A stretch of DNA of 64,000 nucleotides from Schmidtea polychroa (Eukaryota), in contig CM097888.1 in the NCBI GenBank assembly GCA_044892525.1, positions 69,874,001 to 69,938,000 on the forward strand, written 5' to 3'. The translations under genes and the position numbers were made by a program. The notes beneath the pieces are model-generated. The model was not told where the DNA came from, did not search any database, and was given only the letters and a program-made list of their open reading frames with translations. This document shows positions 1 to 13,800 of the stretch, one piece after another. Every line of letters starts with the position of its first letter. Position 1 is the first letter of the stretch.

Positions 1-2891
1 TTTTATCTGACAAATCATCTGCGATTTTGCTGGTACTATTATTTTTTCTGGACATCTGATTACTGCATTCATTTTGCATATTCTACCGGTTTTGTCTTTT
101 AAACACATGGTGGTTAAGTCAATTACGACTTCTTTTAACAATTCTGGCATCAAATCCGTTCCGATTATGCATGGTACGCTAAGTTTTGGTATTACTGCCA
201 AATACGTTTCAATTTCGTTGTCCTGGTATCTCAAAGTAGTCCACCATCTTCCGACCACGTCCACTGTTTCTTTACTACATGCTATGATGTGAATTGTTGT
301 TGATTCGATATCTTTCCAGTGTTTACTGGGGATTTGATTAATCGCTATCGCTGATACATTAGCTCCGGTGTCTATCATAGCATTGGTTTCTTTACCATTG
401 ATTTGAATCATAACTGTTACTGCTGGACCTCCAGGTAGACTCATTGCTGCTATTGTTCTTACGTCATCTGCTTGATCTACACTTTTGGTACGTCGTGTTG
501 GCATATAATGCATACCGGGTTGACTCGGTAATTGCGGATACATATTTTGTGTCATGGTCAAAGCTGCTTGTGGTCCCACGATATCCGGTGGTATGTAGCT
601 TCCATTGGCGATCCAGGTATTTGTCTTTTCCTTTTCCCAATATGGTGCCGTTTCCATTGGTTTTTCGTTTGGGTTTCTGTTTGGATATAGACATTTATCG
701 TTCCCGTTATCGTCGTCGTCACTATCGCTGTTAGATGATTGGCTTCTAAATCGGTTCAAGAATTTTGGCTTATTCTTTTTCAATTGTCGTCTTGTTGCTT
801 CATCGTACATTACTTTCCGGAATCGTCTGCCTACTTCTTCGTCGGTTCCTTTAATCTTTGTTAATATTTTAATCAATTGCTTTATCCGATGAATGTCTTT
901 TGAGTGACCATGTAATACCATGGTTTTAGCTAAAAATGGTAGAAAGCCTACTATCATTTTCCAATTTACTTTCTTTTCTCGCTTGTATATATCAAAACAC
1001 GCTAACATTTGTGTTAGTTTTACTCTGACTATCTGAATTATGAGTATGATCCCTAATATCCCGGCCATCATTTGTCCAAAAACTAAGAATCTTCCCCACA
1101 TTGCTTTCATCATGTTCGATGTGGCTTGTTGAAAATGGTCTGGTGATAGTAGCAGCTCGTAATTCGGGCCTGATTGATAATTTGTTCCCCCCGTTATTGT
1201 AACCATATTTGACAAAATGGATTCTCGTCTGGCTGGGAAGAGTACGTTAAGTCGTGCTGTTTCTAGATCTTCTGGGGAATACATACCACCGTTTGACACG
1301 TCTATAGGTTTGAAATCCAGCTCTGTGGCGAGTTCTATTAATCCAAATTTCTTGGGCTCCTCGGATATGGTTTTTCCCGGTAACATCATCCATTTCCCAT
1401 CGGGTCTTTCATACAAAGGTCCGTATGCATTAGAACAGTTAAAGAGATTTGGGTAGAAACCCACTGGATTCATAATTCTAGTGACTGGTTGGACGAATCG
1501 ATTTTGTCCTTTATAACGGATTTCTAATTCATTTGCACATCTCTTTTCGGGTAGTATGGATTTTTCTGGCATTCGTGCATACGTCTTGGTACACTGGTAT
1601 GTGTACATCACTTCTCCTACCATTCTACCAAAATGTCCATCTGGTAATGGGAGTGATGGCATTGTGTTATCTGGGTGTGTTATCGCAATAGCTAACTTGG
1701 TTTTCAGTATTTCTTTATTCAATGAACAATCGTTTTGTATCAGATCGTAATATACTTTTTGCAAGGTCGTTTGTCCACGGTGAAATAGAAAATCCATTTT
1801 ATTATTTGCATATAAGTATAGTTTTACGTCCTCCGTTGCTATCTTTCCCACTGCTCTATCGATTATTTGTCTCGACATATAGATACCAGCGTAATTGGTT
1901 TTATATACTATACTGTCACATTTGGTGGTTTCTTTCTCTTTGATAAATCTCATACCTAGATCTGGATCGTCTGTGATTAATGCTGTTGGTGTCTTCTGCG
2001 TTGAAAGTCTCTTTTCTCTGGGAGATGGTGGCATTGGTTTTCCATTTCGCATTCTCACCCTGTCGTTTCCATCCTCGTCGTTCTCGTTCTCATATATTTC
2101 TCCTTTTACTTCATTGAACAAAGCACTTTTTAACAGTTGGAGTCGGCATTTTTGGGTATTAGCTTCATAGATTATAGTTGATACTCCTGTCCTGCATACG
2201 TTTTCTGTAGCTCTACACGCTGGGTTGGTCTTCATTTGATAATTATTTGCGTCAAATTGCGCTTCGTATTCTTTTAATTCGACCGTGTAAGACTCGATCA
2301 CTACTACTCCCGATATTACCTCACCTCGGATCGTATACGTACCTCCGTTACATGACCCATCTGATGATTTTAGTTTTCCGGATACGTAAACGCTTTCGGT
2401 TTTAATCATTCCAGTTTGTCCGTGAATCGTCACTCCGTTATGCATTTTTAGCGCTCCGGTTCTAAATAGCTCTTTACAGTCCTCTCGTTGTATGGATACG
2501 ATTTCTTTATCCAGACCAGGTAGTATAAGAGTCGAATACGAATATTGTCCACAGTAATATGGAGTACCTTTTTTGATACCACGCATTCCCTTGCTTGCGT
2601 TCTGATGAAATCTGATTCTTGATATACATGGTAAGTAACTTTTGTTCTTACTATGTCTAATTTGTTGGGTGATGCTTGTCTACATTCTTCTATGTCTCTC
2701 AATGAGTATTTATCTCTCATTATCATATTATCACAATCGTAGATGGTAAAACCCGTTGCTCCACTGGTGCACAACATCCATATCATCATAGTCATCATTA
2801 ACGAATTTATTGATGCTTTTCGGCTTGTTGGGTCTTTCATGGGTAGTTCCCATTCTAGTTCATTTAGCAACTTCTTCAATCTAACTTGCAT
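1..2891 (-). CDS. env: env and start of pol (through protease) of the left copy, partial at the window edge
   Basis: Matches 26285-29175. It has the same A6 frameshift site at 2568-2574 and one L/Q difference at 1490. Confidence 0.85.
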
Positions 2892-5800
2892 CGACCTTTC
2901 TTGCTCATTTTTTCGTGGTGCTTGTATAAGTCTTTTCCACGAATAATATGTGGTTCAATAGTATTCTCTATGATTGAAACGGTCATTTCCACATGATTTG
3001 CAAACTGTTTATTTGGTATTTTCCTCGCAGCTAGTCCCATCAAATTAAAAATAAAAAATGTGATTACCACTAGGTGATGTTCGTCATCATTTGCATTCGT
3101 CGTGAGCTGTTCAATCACTCTCTTTGTTTCATCCCAGTCCGTTTTGGTGGTTTTCGTTTTCTCTTTGATTAACTTTGGAATTATCCCCGAAACGATGTGC
3201 CATAATTGTCTAGCTTCCGTACTGGCTACTTTCCGTTGCCACAAACGTCTAAGTTGTGGGTTTGTTATTATTAACATATCTTTTAACAATTCTCGTATCC
3301 ATTTTTCTCCTCTTTCGATCGTTGGTTGGGCTTCCTTTAGATCCCATACTATTTTATCCAATTTTTCTAATCGAACTTGCCCTTGTTCTTGCTTTAATTG
3401 TTCTTTGGTTTTAAACTCAGACTTTTCTCCTTGTTTCTTAGGTCTTCCTTTTGCCCGTTTTTCCATCATCGTTCCGGCTTCTCTGGTATTTTCGTAATTC
3501 GGATTTCTTTCGTTATCCGTCCTGGGTAATGAGCTATCGTTATTTCTTAGCCACTCATTCCATTCGTCTATTATTTTATCGGTTTGACCTTCTGGTGTTA
3601 CTTTCGTTGGTTCTCTTTGCTTCTGGAATTGTTCATCCGTTTCGGTTTCCGTAGTATTGTCGATGATTTCTTTGATGTTCAGTTTCGTTGGTTGTTGATA
3701 ACTCGTTGATGGCTGGTTATTAGTCCACATTTCGGCTCCTGTCGGCCATCTCACTAATAGCGGTGATCTTTCTCCTGGTTCATCGTCACTATCTTCCAGG
3801 ATTATCTCTTCAACTTCTTCAGTTTCATTAGATTTACTTGGTGCTTTGTTCGGACTTGGAGTACTCAAACTGCCTTTTGTTGGTTTAGTAATTTTACTTT
3901 TCCTTTTTAACGGTTTCCCCAACGTTTCTGCCATTGTTAATACATTTGTCTCTTCCAATCTCATGGGTGTTATTCCGACGTCTGCATTATCGTCTAGTGA
4001 TTTTCCGAACAGTTGCAGATGGAATGGAGTTTCATATGCTAATTTCTTTTTTAATTCTCTAATCTTTGTTGTTGGATGCACCTCTAGTTCCTCGATGCTC
4101 TTGTCCGGATACTTGATTCGGATGTGATACCTCTCCTGAGTGTCTTGTGCCCATTCCTGATTTCTCCATTTTCGAATAATTTGTTCTAGCTGTTCTGGAT
4201 ACCATTCATTATATTGCCGGTATTCCTCTATTGCCTTTGCCATTCCTCTCAGATTGTGGATGTTTTCTGATGTTTTTAAGATGATGTTAGCCAACGCTAC
4301 TACTTGGCGTTTTTGATTTTTCGCTCCCATTGCTAAGATATCGCCTAATTGTTTATATCTTTCTTTCTCTTCTCGTTCTCTTGCTTCTATTGCTTCCTCG
4401 CCGTCCATATCAGCATATTCTCGTTCCTTTTTCCTCATTGCATGAATATGTCTCGCTTCATTTTCGCTTTCTGATGTGACATCCGTCTCGCTTTCGTCAT
4501 CCGATGTCTGTTCCCTTTCTTCTTCTTCATATTCTGGAGGTTCCTCTTCTTCTTCCTCCGATTCACTTTCTGTCTCACCAATGTCTGTTTCTACGAAGAT
4601 TCCTTTCCGGATTTCCCATTCCTTAGTTTCTGCATTCCACATTCTTTCCCATGGGGTTCGTCTGCAGGATCTGGTACTTAGTTTCGTGATTTTTCCTTGT
4701 AGTTCCTTTTCTTTTAACCATTGTTGGTGGATTTTAATTATTTCCGTAGATTTTTGATATAACGTTTTCATCCGGTCTCGTATTTCTTTTTGATAGGTTA
4801 CATCTCTTGTTCGAAATTCATCCATTGGTACTATCCTGATTATCTGATGATTGTCCCACATACCCATTTCGCTTAACGAGGTGTCGTCCTCCGCTCGTAA
4901 TATTATTTTATCGTACATCATGACTACATCATCCACCATACCATCACTACTTTCGCTACGTAACTTTTCCGTTATCTCTTGGTTTATTTTTGATACCAAG
5001 TCATCTACTGTACTCTGATTGCTCATTTTTATTCGTCGTTTTTCTTCGTTCGGTAACCATATGGTTATTTCCAACCTCTGTGGCTGGGTTTCTTTTAACC
5101 TTCCATATTTGTGGATTAAATTTATGGTTCTCCAATCACTCATCCGGAGCATTTCTGTATCTCGCAATCGGCTCATTAGTTCGTACATGGCTGGGGCTCG
5201 TCTGGTGATGAGTAAATCTCAGTTGTCTTCCACTTGTGCTTGAATTTGTTTGATCAGCTTATCCAGGTTTCGTCTCAGAGTACATTGTTTTATTTGTTCT
5301 AATTTCAATTTGATGTTAAAATCATATTCTGCCTTGGCATCTTTAGCCCAATCGTACAGGTTGGCTGGTTGTTTTTCTTTATGCAACTTCAGTATTTGCG
5401 TTTCTCCTGGCCATATTAGTGCATCTACTAAGTGCATATCTGGTTTGATCTGTTCTCCTTGGTATTGATACAGATATTCTTTCTTTCTCGAACTTCCCAA
5501 ATGTTCTCGTATCCAATCGAAAAGTTCGTCGGTGACTGTATTTTTTATCCACATTCTTTCAAGTCCTCTGCTCGTTCCGATTTTTATGACATACCGCGTG
5601 GTATCTGCCTGCTTCATTTTTTCCATATACTTTTTTATAATTGATTTTTCCTCGTTTGGTATTAAATCTTTCTCGTTTCTTTCCAATTTCATCACTTTTT
5701 GCACGAATCGCCTGAATGGTATTACGTCGATGAACTCTTGGTTCCTCACTACTACTGGGAGTATTTCAGCTACTTGTTTTATCGCTTCCTCCCTCTCTTT

Positions 5801-7591
5801 TCTCAACTTTATTTCGATATCTTCGTCTTCACTTTCACTGGTTATCTCGCTTTCGCTTTCTTCCTCTTTGATTTCCCCTTTTGGAGGTTCGCTTATTTCA
5901 TTCAGCTGTAGTATTTCTCCACCCAAACTACTTACATAGTCTTCTTCTTCGTCTGACGATGCTACATCTTTTGTCCTTTTCATCATATTGATTTGCAAGT
6001 TTCTCATCCTTGGTACTCTCTTTAGTTTCTTTCTTTCGAATATTGTTGTTTCTTCTGATTCCAATTCTTGTAGCATTTGGTGGTTTAGTTGACTGGTTTG
6101 TTCCTTGCTCTTGTTATTTTCATCTTCTGTCTCGGCTTTCGCTTTATTATGTTCTTTTTCGATTTTATCTTTTATCTTTTTCCAGAATATTTTCTGAATT
6201 CTCTGGTTTCCTTTTAAAATCGTGGTTGAATTCTCTGTTTTCATTTCCGTTGTTGTTTCTGTTACCTTTTCTGGTTCAGTCATGGGTGCTACCCTTGGGT
6301 TTTTCCCGTAATTGTAGCAATACTGGCTTTTCATGTCTTTTACTAACTTCATCATATTAATTCGCAATGGTTGTTCTTGTCGTTGTTGGTTGCGTTCTTG
6401 TTTTATCCTCTCTTCCTCGGCCTGTAGTCTTTGCCATTCTTGTACATGTTGATGCACTTCATAATTGTTGAGATTTTCGGTACTCCTCATCATACGTATG
6501 TTCTGGGTTTGTTGTGGTGCTGGTTCTTGTCTTGGTCTCATCATTTGTTGCATCATCTGTTTCATCTGCGAGATTTCCTGCATAACGTTCATTTGTTTTC
6601 CTTCGCTAGGGTTACTTTGTCGTTGCGGATTCGCCATATAATTATTATTTCGCTGTGGTGGTCGTTGTTGTTGGCCCCTTTCTCGGCAATCTCTGGAGAT
6701 GTGACCTGGCTGACCACAGTTAAAACAACCTCTCAATTGGCATACATTTTCGGTATGTCCACGCCGTCCGCAACGATTACAATTTGAATTTCTATAACAA
6801 TCTCTGTCCCAGTGTCCTGGTTTACCGCATGTTCGGCACTGCTTGTTATCGTTCATATTTCGTCGATTACTAAAATTGTTCTCATTATTCAGGTTGTTAC
6901 GATTACCATTATTCCCATTTGATCGTCCTTGTGGTGGTTTGAAAATTTGGTGCGCTCCTGGTATAAATTGATTCATTTTCGGTTCTTGATTGTTGTTATC
7001 TCCGTTATCCGCTTTCGCTATTGCTGTCGCTATCCTCCCATCTTCTTGCATAATATTCATTTGGGCTGGAAGGTGGAGCTCGCATCTTGTAGCCCAATCT
7101 ATGGCTTCCTCTAATGTTTTGCACATTTGACAACCTACTGAGGCTCTTACTTCTTCTCGGCGTAATCCCTCTATGAAATAACCGATCAGATTTTCTTCGG
7201 GTAATTTTCCATTCATTGCTTTCTTCGCTAATCTCCGCAATTCACTGGCATATAATGTTATCGATTCGTTCGCTCTTTGTTTCCTATTTGCTAGTTCGCC
7301 CAACGCCTGGTTGATTGGCTTACTGGCTCCGAAGGTTTTCTTCAGGAATGTTTTGATATCTTCCCACTTTTCTAATTTCGTATCTCTCTCTTTAGCTTCT
7401 AAATATACTTCTAATGCGCTATCGCACAAAAACAACGGCATCCTTTTACTAATTGCTTCGGGTGTCCATCCACACACCGTGATATAAACTTCAAAATTAG
7501 TTATGAACGTTGCTAGCTTGTTTGCATTTCCGTTGAACGGTTCTCCTCTGAACTTCTCTTTATACTCGTCGGTTTTTACGATATTCGTCAT
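2876..7591 (-). pseudogene. gag: gag of the left copy, interrupted by a premature stop
   Basis: Same sequence as 29160-33875, but TGG (Trp791) is TGA at 5219-5221. This splits it into 790-aa and 770-aa ORFs. Confidence 0.85.
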
Positions 7592-8955
7592 GATTGGTGT
7601 TCTAGATTCGTCTGTTTCTTTTAAATTGTCTAACGATGTGACTAAACTTTGGGCTGATAATTCCTCGGTTGACGTTGCTAAACTATTAGTGATGTCGGAC
7701 AGACTTTCTCTGCTTCGAGATCGACTAGGGGTGTATCCGAGATTTTCTTGATCAAATATAGGTACTTGATTGGTTCTTCTTGATCCTTGTGATATTCCTC
7801 TTTGCTGTTTAATAGATCGTCCTCTTTTGAGTTGTTGTAATTCGTCTCCTGAAAATAATACGTCTCCTGGCTTACTTGAAGATCTAAGATTGGGTTTATC
7901 CGTGATTCCTTTCTTACGCTTCTTGGTAATTAGCGGCTATTGAATTGGACGAGTTCGGTTCTGATTGTGTTTCCTTCGATAAATATTCTGTATGAATCTG
8001 CTACTGTGATTCTGAGGAGATTCACTAGTCCTTGACAGATGGCTGCTAATATTATGAGGTTGAATATATCGATGATTCGTTCGAAGTTGGAGATGTCGCT
8101 ATCTGTATCTTCTTCCGTTCTGGAGTCTTCCGGTTGCTGTGTCTCTCGGTGCGGGTTCTGAATGGATTTATTCTTGGTCGATTGTCGATTTCTTCGAATT
8201 CCTTTTGTGCAGGTTCTGGATTGTCTTGGTTGACTGGATTGGTTTGATATCTAAAATTAAAAAATGATCTCGTGTTGCATTTGCTTACACGACTTCATCA
8301 TTCTTTCAACAACGTTCGAACACAGACACCTTTTAGGTTCTGTTTATGCTTCCCCTATTGTTTATGCAATTACTTCCGCGGGTTATAATTTCCCATCAGC
8401 CCGAATTTTTCGTCGATTTTAAATTATCTATATGGGGTAGTAACAATTATCTATAAAGTCGTAATAATTATCTATTCGTTATCAATTATAGTAAAAATAG
8501 GTCGTTGTCGGTCTCTGCTTATTACTCCCCTTCGTTTTCCTATTCCTTTTGCGCTGTTGTCGCTATTTTACTTTTCATATTTACTATTATTACACTCGGT
8601 TCGACTCTGGGACCAATAAAATGCATTTTCCCGGTTTAACCAAAAAAAATATTCCGTAGAGTTTCTCTACTTCACTGGGATCCCTTTAATTAGTTGGTTA
8701 CTTTCCTCTTTACTCATTATCATCGTTTCGCCTATTCTTTATTTTCCATTATCTCTTTAATTCGGTTCCTTCTTCCCTTTCCTTTTTCATTATAATCTTA
8801 TTATCTTTTCCACGAGCTCGTTTATTTCCTCTCTAAACTCAAATTTTCGTAATTACATTCAATTTGTTTCTAGCTGGCTTTAATATTCCCTTTCTCTATT
8901 AATTCAGATATTAGCTCATTGTAGCTTAACTGCTATCTCTCGCTTTTCTAGGCCT

Positions 8956-9480
8956 TTACGACTGGCTGGCACTATTCAACAGCTCAATCTTCTTCCTCCT
9001 GACCGGTTGGACTATTCGACAACTCGATCTTACGACTGGCTGGCACTATTCAACAGCTCAATCTTCCTCCTTCTGATCGGTTGGACTATTCGACAACTCG
9101 ATCTTACGACTGGCTGGCACTATTCCACAGCTCAATCTTCCTCCTTCTGATCGGTTGGACTATTCGACAACTCGATCTTACGACTGGCTGGCACTATTCA
9201 ACAGCTCAATCTTCCTCCTTCTGATCGGTTGGACTATTCGACAACTCGATCTTACGACTGGCTGGCACTATTCCACAGCTCAATCTTCCTCCTTCTGATC
9301 GGTTGGACTATTCGACAACTCGATCTTACGACTGGCTGGCACTATTCAACAGCTCAATCTTCCTCCTTCTGATCGGTTGGACTATTCGACAACTCGATCT
9401 TACTATCTCCGAACTGGCTGGACTTTTCACAGCTCAGTTTTCGTTTTCCTTGACCGGCTGGACTATTTACAGCTCGGCTT
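8956..9480. repeat. 74-bp tandem repeat in the element leader (6 full units plus 1 degenerate)
   Basis: Unit starts (ttacgactggctggcactatt...) at 8956, 9030, 9104, 9178, 9252 and 9326, with a degenerate unit at 9400. Confidence 0.92.
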
Positions 9481-10040
9481 TAACATTCTTTACTCTGCAT
9501 GCTTCTACTTCTCTCTTTCTTCTTTTACTCAAGATTACCATTTTCTCTGTCTATTTTTAATTTGTTGACTTAATCTTTACCGCTCGGAAGTGTGTCCCCT
9601 TTCCCCCCTTGCTCAAAACGCACGACGATCGCGATGATCCATTTCTACATTGGCATGGTGATCAGTCATGCCGTAGAAACTTCTCATCATTTGCGATGGT
9701 ACCCCGCCCTACGCTCCTCACTTAGGTTGATCGGTTATCCCCTCCCAATTGGTTTTATCGTATGATAGAACGTACCGCCCTAAGGTGGCTCGGTTTGTAC
9801 CCTTACAGCCTATATTGGGACTAATTCCACGTTATTTCGGTTTTCTTTTCGTTTGATTCCAAAACAAAGTTATAAAATAAAATTAAAAGCCATAAATTAC
9901 TCAGTTCACAACAAAAATTTATTCGTCATAGAAATAAAAATTAAAACTTTAATAAAATTTCACACAACAATTACATTTATTCTCATTCAATCGTCAGTAT
10001 CAATTTGATGTTCATAGATGTTATTGTATCTGTAACAGTT

Positions 10041-10526
10041 TTATTCACCATAGTAAACCATATGAGTTTCTTTTATCTCATGCCTACATATCGTACATCG
10101 TTTTAAATCGTTCACACATTCTTCGCAGTGACTGAGGTGTCCACACGGCAAAAACAGTACGCGAATAGGACGAAGTTTACAAGCGCGACAAGTTCGTAGT
10201 AGAGTCAGTTTTTCTTGTATTTTCCGCTCGATTGTATCTGATATGGTATTTAGTGGATCTTTTATACGTTGATAATCAAGATTTAATGCTGGGTGGTTCA
10301 ATCTCTCTTGATACCATTGATACACGGTTTCCGGGTTTACCTTCCCATCTGGGTGACTTAGTCCTGTGGCTAATAACATGTGGTTGGGGACGACTGGTGT
10401 TTGCCCGATTGCTTGAAGTAGTATGATGTTAATTCTTTCTCTTTTTTGTGTCAGCGTTTTAAGGGAGTCATTCTCGATGTTTATGAAGTTGATTAGTTGT
10501 TGTATCTGGTCTACGAATTCCGTCAT
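10041..10526 (-). CDS. Leader RING ORF (left copy)
   Basis: Identical to 36325-36810. Confidence 0.85.
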   Translation of the reverse strand: MTEFVDQIQQLINFINIENDSLKTLTQKRERINIILLQAIGQTPVVPNHMLLATGLSHPDGKVNPETVYQWYQERLNHPALNLDYQRIKDPLNTISDTIERKIQEKLTLLRTCRACKLRPIRVLFLPCGHLSHCEECVNDLKRCTICRHEIKETHMVYYGE

Positions 10527-10824
10527 GTCTATAAAAAAAATGTTTCAGTAATATATGACTTCGTTTCGTCAAACATTCTCTTTTCTAACTCGTTATCATT
10601 ATTTTACTTTTATCTTATTTCTCTATCATTAAATTTGCTTTATTTATATTTTTAATTTTATTATTTTCTATTCGTGATTATAATAAGATTCGATAAGCAT
10701 TAGTCAATTTGCTCTCGCTAACCCATTGAAATCACTAACCCCGGTGAGTTCACTCTATTCGACAGAAATTCACTCAATAACATCCCTATCCAGTTTACAC
10801 TAATCAATGGAAATTTCAATCTAG

Positions 10825-10842
10825 ATCCCGGCTGAGCCCCCA
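10825..10842 (-). promoter_or_regulatory. Primer-binding site, tRNA-Pro type (left copy)
   Basis: Identical to 37109-37126 and directly after the middle LTR. Confidence 0.88.
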
Positions 10843-10849
10843 AAAATTA

Positions 10850-13800
10850 TGTTGCGGGTACACTACTCGGATGACCCTTTTCTAGTGCAGCTTTAGTCTA
10901 GAGGATGAATGCCCACCTTGATTTCGCCCATCATTTATTTGGTCATCGCCGAGCGGGACCCGTACATAACCTACACTCCAGCATAGCACCCGTGAATTGC
11001 TTCACGTTGGAACTGTGCTATGCCGGCGAGACGCCAGTAAGCAGGTGAGCCAGCTCCTTCGGACTACTCCTTACTGAGGCCTCGACTTCCCAACCCTGAC
11101 TGCCGATAGAAGGACTTACGTCTACTCATTCCGTCGCCCCTCGCAATAATTCTAGCTGAGTTTACCAACTGACTAATGCTCCTCATAATTTTATGACTCT
11201 CAATGCCATTTACCAATTTCAACTCAACTGTCTTAAGGTGAGCACAAAGAAAAAACGTATGCAGACAAAAATGGTTTATTATTAAGGTTATCACACAAAT
11301 ATATCTAACACCTATACAATAAAATTCCCGACAACAGGAAAAGAGACAAAGGTAAAAATGTTATCAGACAATGTTCGGGCCATTTCAGAGAACGAAGACT
11401 TTTTACGGAGAAATTCTCATTTCTCCCACTCCGAGTCTGCCAATAGATCTTCCAAATCGAAAAACTCAGAGGCATTTTCCTCCCAGGTAACACCAGCGGC
11501 GGAGATGATTCGCCCTGAGATCACTGATGCTAAATCGATTGCTGCAGGAGGGTTGATGACTTTGATTGGATGATCCGACGATCGCGGGTTCTGTTTGGCG
11601 GTTACGCGTTCCCGCTGTTTCTTTTTGCGTTCGGCTCTCGATAATTGCCGACGCTTTGGTTTCGATGCCGTTGGATTGGTCGGGGGTGCTGCGGAGGTGG
11701 ATGCTATCGCAGGTAGCACGTTACTGGTTCCGGTAAAGATGATTTCTGGTTCTTTAGGTGAGAGCTCGGTCTCTACGCACCCATGGCAAGGCTTTCCGAC
11801 TGGAGAAGAAGACCCGCCCGAGATATCATGATGCGCTGGGAAGAGATTACCGGCTTCATTACTTGGGATCTTCGCGATCTTCCTTGTAATTGCTGCCTGG
11901 ACGTATAATTTGTGCAGCGCCTCCGACTGCTCTTTTATCAGGCTCCTCTGCGCCCGACTCTCGGAAATCAACGCGTCTCTACAGTGCTCGCTTCGGTGCA
12001 GCTTCTTCTGAGCCTCCTTCATCTGGGTGGGACTGAACCATGTCCCCTCTAACTCATCTATCTTTCTTTTGTGCTTTCCGATCTGGGCCTGGAGCTCCTT
12101 GATAATTGAATTCTTGTCGGAGCAAGAAAAACAAGGTCGAAGAACGGTCTTGGAATTTGGCAACATTTGAGTGACTGTGGAAAAAATGGAAAATGAGAAT
12201 AATTAAATCGACGTGAGTGTCACCATCTAACCACATTCCGACTTTACTGATCATAGACAAAGATATGGGTTTACTAGTCAAGACAAGTTCTACTGTACGA
12301 TGGATCCTCATACCTTTTGGATCTTTAATTGTAAGAGGATAAATCGATCAAACCAAATTTCGTACAAGGAAAGGAAGGTATTACCATTTGTGAGAGAAAT
12401 TCTAGGTCGATGAAAATGATTATTTAGTTAATCCGCTTGCAATCATTATCTCACGTTTACTGAGAGTCGAATTAAATTGTTGACTTTTCCCCCCGAACGA
12501 GTGATTTTGATGAGTGCATCATATACTGGGGTCGAGTGACTATCTATGGAAAAAGGGGTCCATAATGTCCGTTGATCAGTTCCTACCGGATAAACGGAAA
12601 GTTATTTAATTTTTTAATTATTTATTCATTCTCTCTAATTACTCACATATGTGTTTTACCTGGTTTAAATAATATTCGATATTAATACTAATGATAATTA
12701 TGTCAAAAATTGAAATAATTTCTGTGCCATTCATGCTAAGATAATAAAGAGAGAATAATCATAATTATGATCGGGTTTGGCATTAAAAATTATTGTCTTT
12801 ATGATAACCGAGCACGGTATCAATGTGAGCTAGAAGCCGACCATTCCTGCTAGGTAGATAAGGAAATGTCAGCCCGGTGGTTGACTATTAATCCGGAGCG
12901 GTGAAATCCGATACCTGTCGGTAGTTTAATTAGTTAATAGAAATTCCATCTGGTATGTTCAGTCTGATTTTACATGAGTAGGGACGGGTGTGACTTTACC
13001 CACTGCGCTTGGCTACTGTGTATGTCTGCAACTGGTGACGCATGCAAGGTGCGCTTTCACACACTTAATTATGCTACAAATGTATGTGTTCAATGTTTGC
13101 ATGATGGCATTTCTCAGAATTTTATCTACCGCGAAATCGCTCACAGTTCTACTGCATATGATGATGATTTACTAATTCTCACCGGATTATTGGAAAAATT
13201 ATAATTATCTGTATTGCAAATGTTGGATATAGCTTGCTCCAAGGGTGGATTTTTCGTCTTTAATTCCTCAAGCCTAGTTTATCAATCTACTCTCTAAGTG
13301 CTGGAGGATTTTTTCTATCTCTGCTGGATTGCCAACCTCATGTAATACTGGAATTTTGTATTTAACAAGATTATCGGCTAACTTGAAGAAATATATTTTC
13401 TTGGTTCGAATTGGTTGCATTTTTCATTGTTAAATTAGTTGATGCCAATAGTTTATGTAATTAGGATAATTAATTGTATGTAAATTCTTTTATATATAAT
13501 TCTAAAAATTTATGATAGAGAATCATTTTATGTAATTTAAACGTTCATTTGGAACAAACTCGTTTTATGCAATTCTGAATCACTTTTTGGATTAAATCAT
13601 TTTACATGGTTCTACCATTTATTCACAAGCAGTCATTTCGAGTAATCCTAATACTTATCTGAAGCCATCTACTTTGAACTCCCTTGCAACTATGTCTTTA
13701 AGAGAACTTTTAGATGAACGGAATAACAGTTCAGAAGGTCATAGGCTAAAAATTAGTCGGAACAGATTCTGAGTGAAAAATATGAACCTCGAAGATATGT

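Larger units (their letters stand above)
1..10849 (-). mobile_element. Second tandem copy of the same element (PBS, leader, gag, env, start of pol), sharing the 10850-14959 LTR and truncated by the window edge
   Basis: Positions 1-14959 match 26285-41243 at a constant offset of 26,284. A PBS follows the middle LTR. At least 7 substitutions were seen between the copies. Confidence 0.92.

Noticed and set aside
8598-8623. Alternative PBS-like TGGTCCCAGAGTCGAACC, implying a 6.3-kb LTR
   Set aside because: It does not fit tRNA 3'-end geometry and gives no terminal inverted repeat. The tRNA-Pro PBS at 10825-10842 with TGTTG...CAACA termini is much better.
8956-9480. CRISPR-like array
   Set aside because: Whole units repeat with no unique spacers, the context is eukaryotic, and there are no cas genes.
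12780-13204. Cys/His-rich + strand frames in the LTR (possible decayed antisense zinc-finger gene)
   Set aside because: Interrupted by stops, ligand spacing fits no known finger, and the longest ORF is only 76 aa.
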